Origin: Gracilinanus agilis
Lineage: Eukaryota
Reading direction: 5' to 3'
Length of the DNA: 64,000 nucleotides
NCBI RefSeq assembly: GCF_016433145.1
Contig: NC_058133.1
Location: 189,307,201 to 189,371,200, forward strand
The notes under the pieces were generated by a model. That model had not been told where the DNA came from and did no database searches. It worked only from the letters and a program-made list of their open reading frames with translations. Shown one piece after another: positions 12,601 through 25,479 of this stretch. Within the stretch, counting starts at the first letter, position 1. Every line of letters starts with the position of its first letter. Position numbers and translations under genes: made by a program.

Positions 12601-15600
12601 CCCCATCATTCTAGCTTGTCAGGATCTTTTTGAATTCTGCTCTGTAGTCCAGTGAAAACTCTTGTCTCTTAGCTTCATGTCATCTGCAAATCTGATAGAC
12701 ATCATCACCTGTTTCTGTATCTAAATCATTAAGGAAATTGTTTAAACAGCACAGGACCAAGGACAGATCACAAGAATATTTCACTAAAGACCTACCTTCA
12801 AATTAGCATCAACCCATTTATGATTTTTCTTTGGGTCCTGTCCCTAAAACAATTCTGAATCCAACTAACCCTGTACTGTTATCTAGCCCATGTCTTTCTT
12901 TCATGTTCACAAAAATAATGTGACATTGTCAAATGCTTTGCATACAATATGCAAATATATAGATGTATAAGCATACTATGTTTCTAGTATTCTCATGAAA
13001 TGTAAGTCTGATGAACCTACTTAAAAAAGAAATGAAAAAGAAATGTTTGTCTGGTATAATTTGTTTTTTTAATGTTTTATTGAAGCCTTTTATTTCTTAT
13101 AGCCATTTCCCAATAACCTCACCCCATAGAATGCTCTATTAGAACAAAGAAAAACAAAACAGTTAAGTAGAACCACCTAGCAGAGAGACCAGATCTGAAT
13201 TGTAAGCAACATTCTGTATTCTTAATTCCTCACTTTTTTTGTGTTTCATCATCTCTTTTCTAGAACAAAGGTTGGTCATTACACTTTCTAAATTCTGGTG
13301 TCTTTCAGTGTTGTTTCTCATTTACGTTATTGTAGTAATTGAAAGAATTATTCTGGTTATGCTTTTCTTTTCCCTGCATACATTTATGTGTCTCACCATA
13401 TTTCTCTGAATTCATCATATTTGTCATTTCTTATGACACAGTCATATTCCATTCCATTCCTGTACTCGGTTGTATAGCCTTTCTCCCAAATAATGGGAAC
13501 CCACTTTTAAAAACACTGATGTGGCTATTTTGGTATGTGTTGGATCTTTTATGTCCTTGACATCCTTAGGGTGTGTGCCCAGTAATGAGATCAGAGGGTA
13601 TGAACAATCTAGGCATTTTTCTCAAATAAGGCCAAATTGTATTATGAAATGGCTGAACTAATTCACAGCTTCCCTAATAGTGAATTAGTGTGCCCATTTT
13701 TCTGCAGTCCCTTTAACACTATCTCTGTCTTTTGTCATCAATGCCAGTTTCATGAGTATGAAGTAATACTTTGGAATTATTTGATTTGCATTTCTCTTAT
13801 TAGTGATTTGGAACATATTTTCTTATGATTGTTGATAATCTTGTTTCTTGTTTTGAAAACTAATCTTATTTTGTGCTGAACTGCTTTCCATTTTGCCTAG
13901 TAGTTCTCGGAATGTCTTTTCTTGATGGAACTATACTGGCTCTTAGTGATAACTGAGTCTCTTTCTAAATTCTCACAAATTATGCCTTTATTAATTTTGT
14001 CAGGTTTCAAAGTACAACTCACCAACTGATGATTTGAAGATGCCATCTTCTTTCTAGTTTTGAAAATTGAGAAAATATCTACCCATCTCCAGACCTTTGT
14101 TAACTCTCTTGATTCCCACAGTTTTTCACAATCATTCTCTAAGGACTTTCAGAATGCTAGGATAGAGTTTATTTGAATCTAGTGCTTTGAACTCATTGAA
14201 GTCAGCTCTAGCTACTCATTTATCTTGAATTTCAACTCCTTCTTAGCTGTCTTTTATCTTTTCCAATCCAATGATTATCCTTCCTATTAGATAAAGTAGA
14301 GACAAAATATGAGTTGAATACTCTTCTTTCTGTCATTTTTTTATAATTATCTTGTCTACCCCAAGTAATGGTCTTATCACCTCTTTAATCATCTTCTTGC
14401 CCCCATTATGGCTGAAAACTCCCTTTTCTGTAGTCCTTAACATTAATTTTCCAGATATGAGTTATCCTGATGTTATTCTTATAGGATTTTATTTTATTAA
14501 TTTGTCACTTTATGTACCCTTGTTTATGTCTTCCTATATGTGCTTCATAAAAATATGAATTGGTGTCCAACAATAGGGAATAGCTAAACAAATTATACAA
14601 ATGTTATGGGATATCACTGCCTAATGAGAAACATCAAATATGGAGAATTTGGAGAGGCAAGGGAAGATTTTTATGAATGGAAAGAATGAAGTAAGCAGAA
14701 CTGGGAAAACAATATACACAGTGACTTATAACAATGTAAATGGAAAACCGTAATTATATTGACCAAGCTTGGTTTTAGGTGACATGTGAGGAAAATTCAT
14801 CTTCCTCCCTTCATTGCAGGCCTGGGGATATGGAATATTGTATATGTACTATCCAATAAGGAATTATGTTGTATTAGTTTTGTTGAATTGCTTTTTTTCC
14901 TCTTTCTAAATCTTTGTTAAAAGGGATGGCTAACTTAGGAGGAAAAAGGGATATGTGTAGAAATGAATATAATAAAAGTTAAGATAAACATTTTAAAATA
15001 TGTGTTGTTTGATGACCTTGTATAAGCAAGTCATTCAGTCTCTTTAAAAATGTTCATTATTTTCATTCAGGACCTTTTGTATTTCAGAATTTCATTTCTA
15101 AGAGTTTCTAGTCCATCCTTCTTTGGTCAGCTTTGCCTATAGAATTTTAGACAGTGGGATCCTATTGTTTCTTTCTCTGAACTCTGTGAAATTCAAATCT
15201 TTGGTGTACAGCAAACTCTTTCTAATCTCTCTCCTCTTATAAATGCTAAGATAGTTGTTTTCTCCCATGGTTCTGTCCCATTGACCCTTTATTGATCAGA
15301 ATCATATTCAAGAGTAGCAGTTTCTTAAGACAAGTCAAAAATTTAATAGGTGTCCTATTTTTTTTGTTAATACACTCCAACAGATGTGCAGATAAGATAG
15401 TTGAAGCCCCCTGTCATGATTATATCAAGTATCTTTACCAGATTAAAAAAAATGTCTCAATCAAATTCCTCATCTTTTTCTCTTTTTGGTCATATGATTT
15501 ATATTCCTAGAAAAATATCATGTTATGTTTCTCCATCCATTGATTCCCATCCCATCTCAGTTAATGAATTTGCTCACATAAGTATGTCTTTTTTCAACCC

Positions 15601-18600
15601 TTACTTTCTGTTTTAGTATCTGTTCTAAGATAGAAGAGCAGAAGGGCTAATCAATCAGGGTTAAGTGACTTGCCCAGGGTCATATAGTTAGGAAGTGTCT
15701 GAGGCCAGATTTGAGCCTAGGTCCTCCCAACTCCAGGCTTGGCACTCTATCCATTGTGCTACCTAGCAGACCCTGTATCTTAATCTATAGTTACTTACTA
15801 TATAATGCTGCTATGCTACTCTTTTTATCTGTTCTGCTCCTTTTGACTAAGGTATGACTTCATCCCTCACAGGCTTGCTGTGAGTATCAGATGTAAAATA
15901 CTTTGCAGACCATAACATGCTGTATAAATGTTACCTGTTGCCACATTTCAGTTATTAGTTTCACCCTTCCAAGACTTAGTGAAACCTCTAGTTAGAATTT
16001 AACTTCACATATTAATAATTAGTTCAATTTATGTATTTTATATATACTTCATGAATTTGTGTATAGATGTCTCAATGTTATTGCAGGCTATCTTCTTAGA
16101 TACAGTTCTCTGTAAATTACTGATCCTATTTACTGATTCTCTTTTTCCTGTTTTGTACCCATGTATCTGGTTTGGCAGATATGTGTGGGCAATTTTCTTC
16201 CTTCTTCTCTGTTTTCATTTTAAAGCTCTTTTGATTATGTCTGCCAGACTTCGGGTCATGTTACATACTGGCCCTCCTGTACATATAATTTTCCTCCCCA
16301 TCCCCACTCCTACTTTAGAATCCTACTCATCCTTTAAGGCCTAATTCAAATCTATTTGTTCCTTAAAACTTTCCTTGATTCCCCTAAATTAATTCCCCTA
16401 AGATTAAATCCCTTAGTTCCCCTAAAATCCTTCTTGGATCTTGAGTAGTGCTTTCTATATGCTTCTCTTGTATTTTAGTTTTGAGTGGGGTAGAATTATA
16501 GGTTGTTCCCCCTACTAGAGGAAAAAGCTTCATGTTACTGAAGGCAGTGTCTTTACCTAATCTTCTTGTGTCCCTTAACCTCTAGTAGACTATTCAGCAC
16601 TTAATAGGCACTTTATAAATATTTAAGTTATCAGAAAATACAATGTATTTTGGAAATAATGAAGTAGGCTTTTTCTAGTGGAGAAGTGAACAATAAGTTT
16701 GGAAAGGGAGATTAGGATTAGATTGATCTTGTGGATAGTATTATTGAAAGCTTTTGATTAGGGGGATAAGCTGAAAGCAGTTTTATAGAAAAATTATCTT
16801 GTAGTACAAGATCATATTGAGGAGAAATCTCAAGACAAGAGTCTTTTATAGACATGATCAGAGAACCATTGTTTTATAGTCTGGATTTGAATAAGAAGTA
16901 AGATTATAATAATGAGAGAAGACAGAAAAGGATGGATGCCAGACACATTGAAAAAGAAGAATCCCTAAGACTCCTTGGATACTGAGAATGAAAAAGAAAA
17001 GGTTATCTTTGGTGGGAAAAGTTGGAAGGAGGATCCTCTTGGGAGCTGGGAGGTCAGAATGGGGGTAAGAGAAAATGGTAAATTTGCTTTAATATATCTC
17101 AGTGTACTTTGTAGAGTGAATATTTAGGCATGTGGATTTGAAGTACTTTCAGGACATCAAACTAGGATGTCCAGGTAGACATTTGGAGTTGTGGAATCAA
17201 AACTCAAGAAAGAAGTCAGAGCTAGAGAGAGGGATTTTGTGAGATAACGACCTAAAGATGATGCCTAGAGGTGATGATCTGACTTAATTATGTGGTGTTA
17301 GATTACTAGCCAGGCAAATAGACAAGTGTGAACACATAGCTATACTGGTGCTAATGGACCATTTTTCCTTTTTATTAATGTTGGCCTCCATCTCCTGCAA
17401 ATTTAGTTGCACAGTAACAAATTCATTTTCCATTTTGGGTTCCCCAAGAAGCAAACAGGCTTAAATTAACATGTCCTTTTCTGTAGCTCCCTAACTATTA
17501 TAATGTAACTTGGTGACTCTGTTGTGTTTGCTGCTGTATTTTCCCCAAACCTATTAAAACTTGTGTTGTCAAGCTGATAGAGCTTGTAACAACAGCCTAA
17601 CATTATCATGTTCAGTTTTTCCTACCAACTAATGCTGATGTTTGTTTTAATGTTGTAGTGGCAAGACCCGACGCATTAGACAATGAGAGGTATGAAAAAC
17701 TAATTAAATCCCCTTTTCATTGCTCTGATTGATTCATTCTGTTTTGTTCTAAGTAAGCATCTTTGGCATATCTGAAATCAATCAAAATACCTATAGAAAT
17801 TTCCCATCTCATTTGATCTTTGAAAGAGAAGTTTTTGAATAGGAAATATTTTAGTGCTTGGCCTGTTAAGGAGAGGAGGAGGCAAAGAGATGGGGGCAGA
17901 TAGTGTGGCAGTAGAAAGGCACCAATGTTATGTTTCCTGACATTTTTATCCTGGGTCATCTAGTGTATTATGTGTCCTCTGGCTTTTTAATGTTGTTAGT
18001 CAGAGAACAACACATTGGTTTTTAGCACCAGCAAGCCAAAGATAACTCTTGTGTCTATAGTGTCTGCTTTCATTATTGATTTCATTCACATCATCCATCT
18101 ATCTGATCCCAGGAAGATTTCTGTGGTGTGGTTTATTTTGGTTTCATTTTATTTTCCCTCCACACCTCCAGTTGCCTCCATCTCAACAGTGTTGGTATCA
18201 GATTGTATGCTACTTTTATTTCTGTATTGCAATCAGAAGTGATTTGCAAAAGCTTGAATGCAAATGGGAAAATACTTAAGCACAAAGAGCCCTGGAGCCA
18301 GGTGGGTGTTTTACACATGTAGCCTGGGCTTCTTGCTCACCAGGTACGGGGTTGTTAGAACAAGTTCATTCTCCTTCTTTCCAACTTCAAGTTGCAACCT
18401 GTGAGCTTAGAAGAAAGCCCAGCTGTCAGCATGTGGCCAGGCTCCATCTCCATAGCACCTAGGGGTTGGCCACTACCCAAGACCAATTGAAAGCCTAGAA
18501 AACATTAGTTAGCATTTGTACCAAGTTCTCAGTATACCTGGGGAACCTCCATTCCCCTCTATTTACAGATCCCCTTCTCTCTTCTGTAGCTGGGGCTTTG

Positions 18601-21600
18601 TACACCCTCGGCTCCTTAGCATGCCTGAGCTCTGCCACCATGTAGCTGAAGGCTGGGTTAGTGGGACCACTTTCATAAGGAATCTCTTGCTTTTCAAAAA
18701 GCAAAACCCAGGCAAGGTAAGACCCTCCCTTATATTCTCCCTTCCTCCACTACCCCTTCCACCACTAGCCCAAAGTTGGACCTCTCCATTTGACATAGCC
18801 TTGTTACTATTAAAGCCAGGAGTTTCCATCCAGGAAGGCAAGGCAGTGGCATTTGTAGAAGCAAAGAATAGTACTGAGAGGAGGATCTCGCCATCAGGGG
18901 CCAAAACTCAGTGACTCCTAAGATGGTATTTGACATTTAGACTGAGTTTATAGTAGTGCCATTTTCCCGTCTCAAAGCAAGAAAGCATGTCTGTGTGCAT
19001 TATGTGTTGTCTGTGAGATCACTACAGTGGGAGGGGGTTGGTTTTTTTTTTTTCCTCCAAATTAAAAAAAAAAATCAACCTTATGCTTTTAAGAAAGCAT
19101 TTTTGGCTGAGTCCTATTCAAACAAATGTCTTAATGTGAAGTGCAGCCCTGTGAAGTTAGCAGTGTAAAAGGGTAGTTTGAATGGAAATGATAAGCCCTC
19201 CTTCCCCTACCAGTAACATCTAGGAACCATCAGATATGACATGTCCATTGCTTGACTCATGGATCAGAAAGCATTATCTTGGCCTGGACTTTTCCCTGTA
19301 TATCAGAAACCTAATGCTATTTTCCTGGTTCTCCCAGTTCTGCCTGTTGAGCTGTGGTATACTGACCTTTCTGGCTGTCCTGGGCCAATACATCCCTGGC
19401 CTCCTGCTCTCCTACTTACTCCGTAAGTTTTACACACATAACCCTGCCAACAGTAGCCCTAGTCACAGATTTCCCTCAACTATAATTGACCATGTGGCCA
19501 GAGAGAAAACTCTTGTGACTTTATGACCTTAAGGAAGTGACCTAGAGATTTTTTTTTTTAAGTTCTATAACTTTTTATCTAACAGGCCCTTATCCAGAAA
19601 AGGTCTTTCTCTTGGTCAGTCAGTTAACAAGCATTTGTTTAAGCCTGTATGATATGCTAGTCCATGTTAGGAATTCCTGTCCTCAGCTCTTACATTCTGT
19701 CAGGGGAGATAACATGCACACATAGAGTACATACAGAATAAACACAAGGTCATTTTGGCAGGGTTCAGGGAGGAAGCCCTAGCATGTTGGTGGATTTGAT
19801 TTTAGCAGAGTAATCTTAGAAATCTTGGTTCACAGGCATATCAGAATTGTGTAGTTTCACTAGGGAAGAGAGTTTTTAGTGTGGGTCCCTAAGATATCCA
19901 CCATGCACATGCTTCTCAGTGCCTTGAACTAGATTACATTTTTATCTTCATTGGCATTTTTTAAATTAAATTGTTTACTGCTGGCATGTCAGGGAAGCCA
20001 TCAGAGGCTGGGATGGTTAAGTTCTAGTAGTGCTTTATCCTGATCTCATTCAGTACCAGGTGAAATTTCTGAGCCATTTACTGTTTGATCTGGCTCAAAA
20101 AAAAAAATCCATGTGTGGCTAATTCCATAACTTGGCTTTAAACTCTGTTAGTGATATATCCTTAATACTGCTACCCTAATCCCATCTCAACACTGGGATT
20201 CTGCCCTCAAGGATGTTAGTTTTGGGGGAGTGACAAGATATAGCTATCTTAAATGTATTTGAATACTCACAGAGAAGAAACATGCCTGAAAATGCAAAAA
20301 CAGCTATACAACCTCAGCAACGTAGGGCTTTAGCAGTGTGGAAGAGAAATTAAATTTACATTGTATAGCTTCCTCTATGATTTCTTGCCACTTCTTACCC
20401 TTTTTTCCCCCCAGTTCTTTCTGTCTTGCTGTGGCCACTTGCTGTGTATCACAAACTGGGCCATCGATTGTACATGAGACTTGAGCCTGCCCTGCAGCGG
20501 CTGGACTTCAGTGTCCATGGTTATATGATGTCCAGGCAAAGAGAAAGGCAGTGTAAGTATCCTGAAGTGTCCAATTCCTGCTTGGGGCAATTGGGGGTAT
20601 GGGGGTGGAGAATAGGTGATAGGAGAAATAGTATGTTTTACATGCTTATCAGTTTGAGAGGGAGGGCCCAGGGAGGTGATAAGAAAAAGAAATTTGACTT
20701 TCTGTGCCAGGTTTCAGGCTCACAATTATCATACCATATAAAAACCATCATAGCCTCCATAAGACCTAAATAGCAGAGCTACAGAGTGGTCCTTGGTCTT
20801 TCCTGGGTTACTTGGAAAGTCTGAGTTTCTCCTTCAGGAATTTAATTTAACTTAGGGTAGAAGTTTCCTTTTTGTTCTTTGCTCAAACAGTGCTCAGTTG
20901 GCACATTGGACATTGGGTCTGTACCAGGTCACTCCAGAAAGCTGTTACATAGGCCTAGTTGCTAGGTATCTAATGGACAGACAAGTGGAGGTGGAGGAAC
21001 ATGGGAGCAGTGTTTTTATCTTGTGCCATCAAAGTCACCCTGCTCTGCAGGCTCAGCTGCCACACCCTCAGGCATGATCACTGTCCTTTGGGTCAGTTCA
21101 GATGAAGAAAGTGGCCTCTCCCATTCCTGCTCTGGTTTCCTGGTCTGAAAGCTCAGTGAAGAGCATTCACCAGAGGTAATGGGCTTTCTCTGTTCTGTTT
21201 TCATACAGTGCGGCGGGCCCGAGCTTTGCACCCTGATCGTGCTGTGGAGGACAATAGTGATAGTGAAGAAGAGCTAGCTGCCTTCTGTCCTCAGGTAACA
21301 TGGAGCTTTGTCCATTAAGCATTTTGTTTCCTTAACCACTTCCTGACAACCAGTTGGTACCTTGTGTGTAGGCAATAATCCTGTTTCAAATTTATGGTGT
21401 AATCTGGGCACTGTCTGACAGCTTTAAGCCCAGCATGAAAGAAGACAGAACTGTATTTAGGCTTTTGTACTCGGACTTCCTATTTGAACCTGGTAAGGAG
21501 CACAGTGACTTTCTCACATACCCTATTCTGCATTCATAGTACCTTTGTAGGTGCTATGGGTAGATGAAAATAGGTCTCCCCCAAACAATTTTAATGGCAG

Positions 21601-23285
21601 TGTGCTTCTCTTTTTGACAGTCATTAGACACTGATATTCTCTATCGGTATCGTGACAGAAACAGAAGAACCAGTGTCCCCAGCTCTGCCTTTCCTTTGAG
21701 CTCTACAAGAATGATGTTTAGACATTGTCCCCAGGAAATGTTACCTAAACCAGCTTAGATGTTGATCAACACCCTTAGATTCACCTATGTTGTATTGAAA
21801 CTAAGTTGCTTGGAAAAAAATGATTTTAGGGTATATTGGCTATGCCATTTTTGTTTACATTTCCATTGTCTTAAGCCTGGCCTTTTATTTACATATCTTA
21901 CAGCTATGGATCTTTCTAATAAACATGCCATCTCTGAGAACTGTCTATGATTAACAAGTGATTAGAAAGATTTTATTTGTCTCCTTTTCCTCTAAGTTGG
22001 ATGACTCCACTGTTGCTAGGGAATTGGCCATCACAGACTCAGAGCACTCAGATGCTGAGGTCTCCTGCACAGATAATGGCACATTCAATCTTTCAAGGGG
22101 TCAGACACCACTAACTGAAGGATCAGAAGGTAAGGCACTCCCTGGCATCCCCTCCCTCTAGGCCAGTGATGGACAAACTTATCCCGCTCCCCCCCATCCA
22201 GGCCTTAGTTTACCCATCACTGCTTTAAGCAATTCCCTAATCACTACACCCTCACATCCAGACCAGATGTAGTGATTAGGGAATTGCTTAAGGCAGTGAT
22301 GGGCAAACTAAGGCCTGGATGGGGGAGGGGGAGAGATAGTTTGCCCATCACTCCTCTAGGTTGTTGTCTTGACCATGTTTACTAAGTCATGGGTTATCTT
22401 CCAATCTAATAGAGTAAAGATATCTCCAGCATCCTTATTTTTGGATTAAGTGATGAACTTTTGAGGTCATAGTACAGATGGCAGAAGACCAAAGTCAAGG
22501 TGTAGGCTAACTGGCTTTTAGAAACTTTTAGTCTTTTAGTAGCCTCATATTCTAACCCCTACCTTGGAGATGCTTGGTTTCTAGAGGGCCTCTATGGGTA
22601 AGCAGGGGGAGTATCAAAAGATAACTTTGCCCAAGCATCATTTATTCAAACTTGTGAATAGAAGAAAGGTAACCAGGCACAAGGGTATGCATTCACAAGG
22701 GAAAATCTTGAGAGGAAAGGCCTTTCATCATATGTAGCTGGCTTTCTTTATAGTTGGGATAACATGAGGATGGGAAGTGATATGAGGGGCAGTAGGCATT
22801 TTTCTGATCTTTCCTCATTCTCCCTAGATCTGGATGGTCATAGTGACCCTGAGGAATCATTTGCTCGAGACCTTCCTGACTTCCCTTCCATTAATGTGGA
22901 TGCTACAGGCCTGGATGATGAGGATGACACCAGCATTGGGCTTCCTAGCCTTGCCTATCGTTCCCCTCCAGGAGCCCAGGAGCCAACTTTGGGGCCAACC
23001 ACCAGCCAAGATGAGGCTGGTCTCCCTGAGCTTTTGCTCAGCACTTTGCCCACAGGATCCAATCTCACCAGCAATCTTGCCAGCCTGGTCTCCCAAGGCA
23101 TGATCCAGTTGGCCCTGTCAAGGGCCCAACAGCAGGCACCCCCTGCTGCCCCTCAAAGAGCCGCACGAGGTTTCCTAAGGGCCCCCAGCTCTGATCTGGA
23201 CACTGATGCTGAAGGGGATGACTTTGAACTGCTAGACCAATCAGAGCTTAATCAACTAGATCCTTCAAGCTCTCGGAGCCACTGA
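620..23285 (+). CDS. RETREG3: Reticulophagy regulator 3 (FAM134C), 471 aa, 9 coding exons
   Basis: Exons 620-870, 10242-10348, 17659-17689, 18590-18716, 19338-19422, 20415-20552, 21209-21294, 21997-22129, 22828-23285; all GT-AG, total 1416 nt, frame continuous. Contains [19 protein letters not shown], the reticulon-like hydrophobic region, the LIR motif DDFELL (23217-23234) and the C-terminus LDPSSSRSH. Confidence 0.97.
1085..1480 (-). mobile_element. Two MIR (CORE-SINE) fragments
   Basis: Core motif CCCATTTTACAGATGAGGAAACTGAG...TGACTTG...AAGGTCAC...GATTTGAACCCAGG seen twice. Confidence 0.7.
4935..5105 (-). mobile_element. Marsupial L1-type 3' end fragment
   Basis: T-rich start then ...CTGACAAGCAATTCCACTGGGTTATA...TATTTCCATATT; similar to copies at 6495 and 38850. 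Confidence 0.5.
6495..6710 (-). mobile_element. Marsupial L1 3'UTR fragment
   Basis: Clear similarity to the L1 3' end at 38850-39060 (AAATTTCCACA...AGTTTTC...TATTATCATGCAAAACA). Confidence 0.65.
7519..7709 (-). mobile_element. SINE1_Mdo-type SINE with 14-bp TSD and (TTTG)n tail
   Basis: GGGGCA head at the right end; TSD GGACTAGATGTTTT at 7505-7518 and 7710-7723. Confidence 0.9.
9004..9351. mobile_element. Tigger-like (Tc1/mariner) MITE
   Basis: Imperfect TIRs: CAGTGATCCCTCACCTAT at the left and ATAGTGAGGGATGCCTG at the right; ~350 bp, no ORF. Confidence 0.6.
10900..11940 (+). mobile_element. L2 LINE fragment
   Basis: CT-rich decayed L2 3' region (GATACCACACTTTTCTTG..., CACCTCAAACTTAACATG). 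Confidence 0.6.
11995..12186 (-). mobile_element. SINE1_Mdo-type SINE with 16-bp TSD
   Basis: TSD CTCTAGTTCAAATTTT at 11979-11994 and 12187-12202. Confidence 0.92.
12300..13050 (-). mobile_element. CR1/L3 LINE RT fragment
   Basis: Minus strand 12671-12697 encodes IRFADDMKL (CR1-type FADD catalytic motif). Further probable pieces at ~13870-14560 and ~15020-15580. Confidence 0.7.
13070..13865 (-). mobile_element. Old L1 3' fragment inserted in the CR1 element
   Basis: T-run start; L1 ORF2-end signature TTTGATTTGCATTTCTCT...TTAGTGATTTGGAACAT. Confidence 0.65.
14565..15000 (+). mobile_element. L1 3'UTR fragment
   Basis: A-rich L1-like 3' sequence (GAAGTAAGCAGAAC...AATATACACA...). Confidence 0.5.
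15589..15773 (-). mobile_element. Older marsupial CORE-SINE (SINE1/MAR1 relative)
   Basis: GGTTAAGTGACTTGCCCAGGGTCA...GTGTCTGAGGCCAGATTTGA core. Confidence 0.8.
16550..17270 (-). mobile_element. L2 fragment
   Basis: GA-rich decayed L2 in antisense orientation. Confidence 0.45.
22164..22353. mobile_element. Palindromic hAT-type MITE (four CAGTGATGGGCAAAC-type TIR copies)
   Basis: ~85-bp inverted arms around a 19-nt loop; flanks CTCTAGGC (22156-22163) and CTCTAGGT (22354-22361) form a 7/8 match to an 8-bp TSD. Confidence 0.85.
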
Positions 23286-25038
23286 GGCACATCCTCTTTT
23301 GGGGAATAGTTTATGATTTTGGTCTTTTTTCTCATGTCCCACTGGAGATGAAGGAGGCAGGGAAAGAAGAATCCAGGTCCCACCTCCTGAATTTAATTGT
23401 CTATGTACATTGTTGGCTAGCCATTTGGGCCCCTGCTTAGAGAAGATACTACGCTGCCTCTAGGTGGACACCCATTTGTGAGCTCAGAGTCATAGATGAT
23501 GGAGGCTAAACTCCTTAAGTGAAGCTCCTTCCATCAGGACAATACTTTCTTTGCTGGGATCAAGGGAGTTTGATGAACTAGCCCCTAGGGCCTCATTGTC
23601 CCCCAAGTTTCTCCTTTATGGGATGATGTTTGCTACAAGGTGTGGGTGCTCAGGGACCTTATGTTAAACAACTGCCCATCTTACCTCCCCTTCCCATCTT
23701 TTTCCTTAAAGCCAAAGTGTGGAATGGCTCTTAATGCAGTGGGGTGGTGCTAGAGGCCCCTTGGGCCAGCTACATGAACTGGGAAGGTTTCATTGCTGTG
23801 TCTCTTAATCATGATTTGTTTTTTCCTAGTAAGCTTGACCTTGGTTCTGCAGAACAGGCTTGTCCTACTACCACTTATGGCCTTGCCTCCAGTGTCCAAA
23901 AAGACTGTTTTCAAGAAAGTGGGTCAGGGAAGGAAACCGTGGAGGTGGAGGAGTGGGTAGCAGGATCTCTACTAAAATTAAGGGTTGTACTGTGGAGGGT
24001 TCTGAGTTTGCTCCCCAGGTCTTCTCAGTTTCATGTCAGCCTTTGGAGCTTCCTAGTTGTCTCTTTCCCTGCTATTCCCTCACTTAAGCACTAACCTAAA
24101 TGAGCAAAGCAATAGCCATTTCTGAACTTCTTTCCTATTCTTCCTCTTCCCTTCCCCCAGCCATGTGTGAACAACTCTGTGGGGCTTGGCAAAGTAGCAC
24201 TTTAAATGGCCCAGTGGCATTCATTCAGTTCTTGCACCAGCTCTCTGAATCCCAGCCAGCCTCTACATTATTTTGACTTCTCTGTATTAGGGACTTTATT
24301 CAAGGATGAGTGCAAGTGGTATGAGTATTTTTCAGCTTGGAGCCCCTCTGAGAGGGCCTTTGCCATACCATAGCTCCTTTTTAATCATACAAGAGACAGA
24401 TATATACCATACAACTTCTCTTTCCTTAGAGGAAAAATCCTCAGAGACCACCAGACTCCCTGGGACTGCATCTAGAATCTTTTGCTTCACACAAGAGAGT
24501 AAATCATACACCTTTCCTCTGCACTAACCCCTTGCTGCTCCTCAGGGACCATTCCTCCTACGCTCCCAGACTGACAGATTTTGGACAGAGCCCATTTCCA
24601 TGTGCTGCAATTTGGGGTGTTTTTGTTTTGTTTTGTTTTTTTGTTCGAAGAAAGGGGGCAGTGAATGAAATATTTGACTAAGGGGAGAAAAACTAGCTGC
24701 CATGTTATCTTGCCTTTATGTAAAGGTTGAGAAGAGAGATCACCCTTCATGTTACCCCTGGGACTGTTCTAAGCTCACATTTCTTGTTAGGTAAACTGTG
24801 ATAAGTAAAGACCTCAAGGTGGCAAGGTTTGAAAGCAGTTTTGGGAAGATAGCTGGGACTTCTGGGTTTGCATGAATGTGTGGATTCAGGCCCTGGGAAT
24901 GGATTAAAGAGGGTGGAGGGTAAAGAGAAAAGTCAAAGAAAGTTTTGTAGGGTGTTTCCTGTAGCTAGGGGCTCCTCCTCTGAATCTGTTTTCCACTGTG
25001 AAGGGGGGTGGGGGGCGGTGGGAGGGGAGGTATTGGAA

Positions 25039-25044
25039 AATAAA
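25039..25044 (+). terminator. Probable RETREG3 poly(A) signal AATAAA (3'UTR ~1.8 kb)
   Basis: AATAAA followed by U/GU-rich TTTTTGTTGTT at ~25061. Confidence 0.6.
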
Positions 25045-25479
25045 TCTTGTATGAGAAAAAATTTTTGTTGTTAATGTTCTCAGTGGAGTTGCCTGCCCTT
25101 GACACCAAAAGAGTAAGAAGTTATTTGTGCCGTTTAATCAGACTAATGGAAGTAATTTGAAGAAAATGCAGCATCAGAAGGGGGATGGGAGAACTACTGG
25201 TAAAGGGACAGACTTCTCTGTACCCCCTTCTTGTTTTCCTTTTGATTAGACAGACGTTATCAGCAGTTCATTTTTAACAATCCTGTCTTCACTACCATTC
25301 CACACTCCCCCACGAGACAGACATATTTTAAGGGGTTTGAATTTTGTTAAATGGAAAGATTCTAAATACAAGGAAGGTTAGAAAGCTGTTTGATTGGATT
25401 TTGCGTGAAAGGACAGCTGTTCTCCGGCCCACTTCTGACCTCAGAAACTAGAAATATTTATTTCAGGCCCTGACCCACG

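Noticed and set aside
22164-22353. Repeated CAGTGATGGGCAAAC units as a CRISPR-like array
   Set aside because: They are inverted TIRs with an 8-bp TSD in a vertebrate intron, not direct repeats with spacers.
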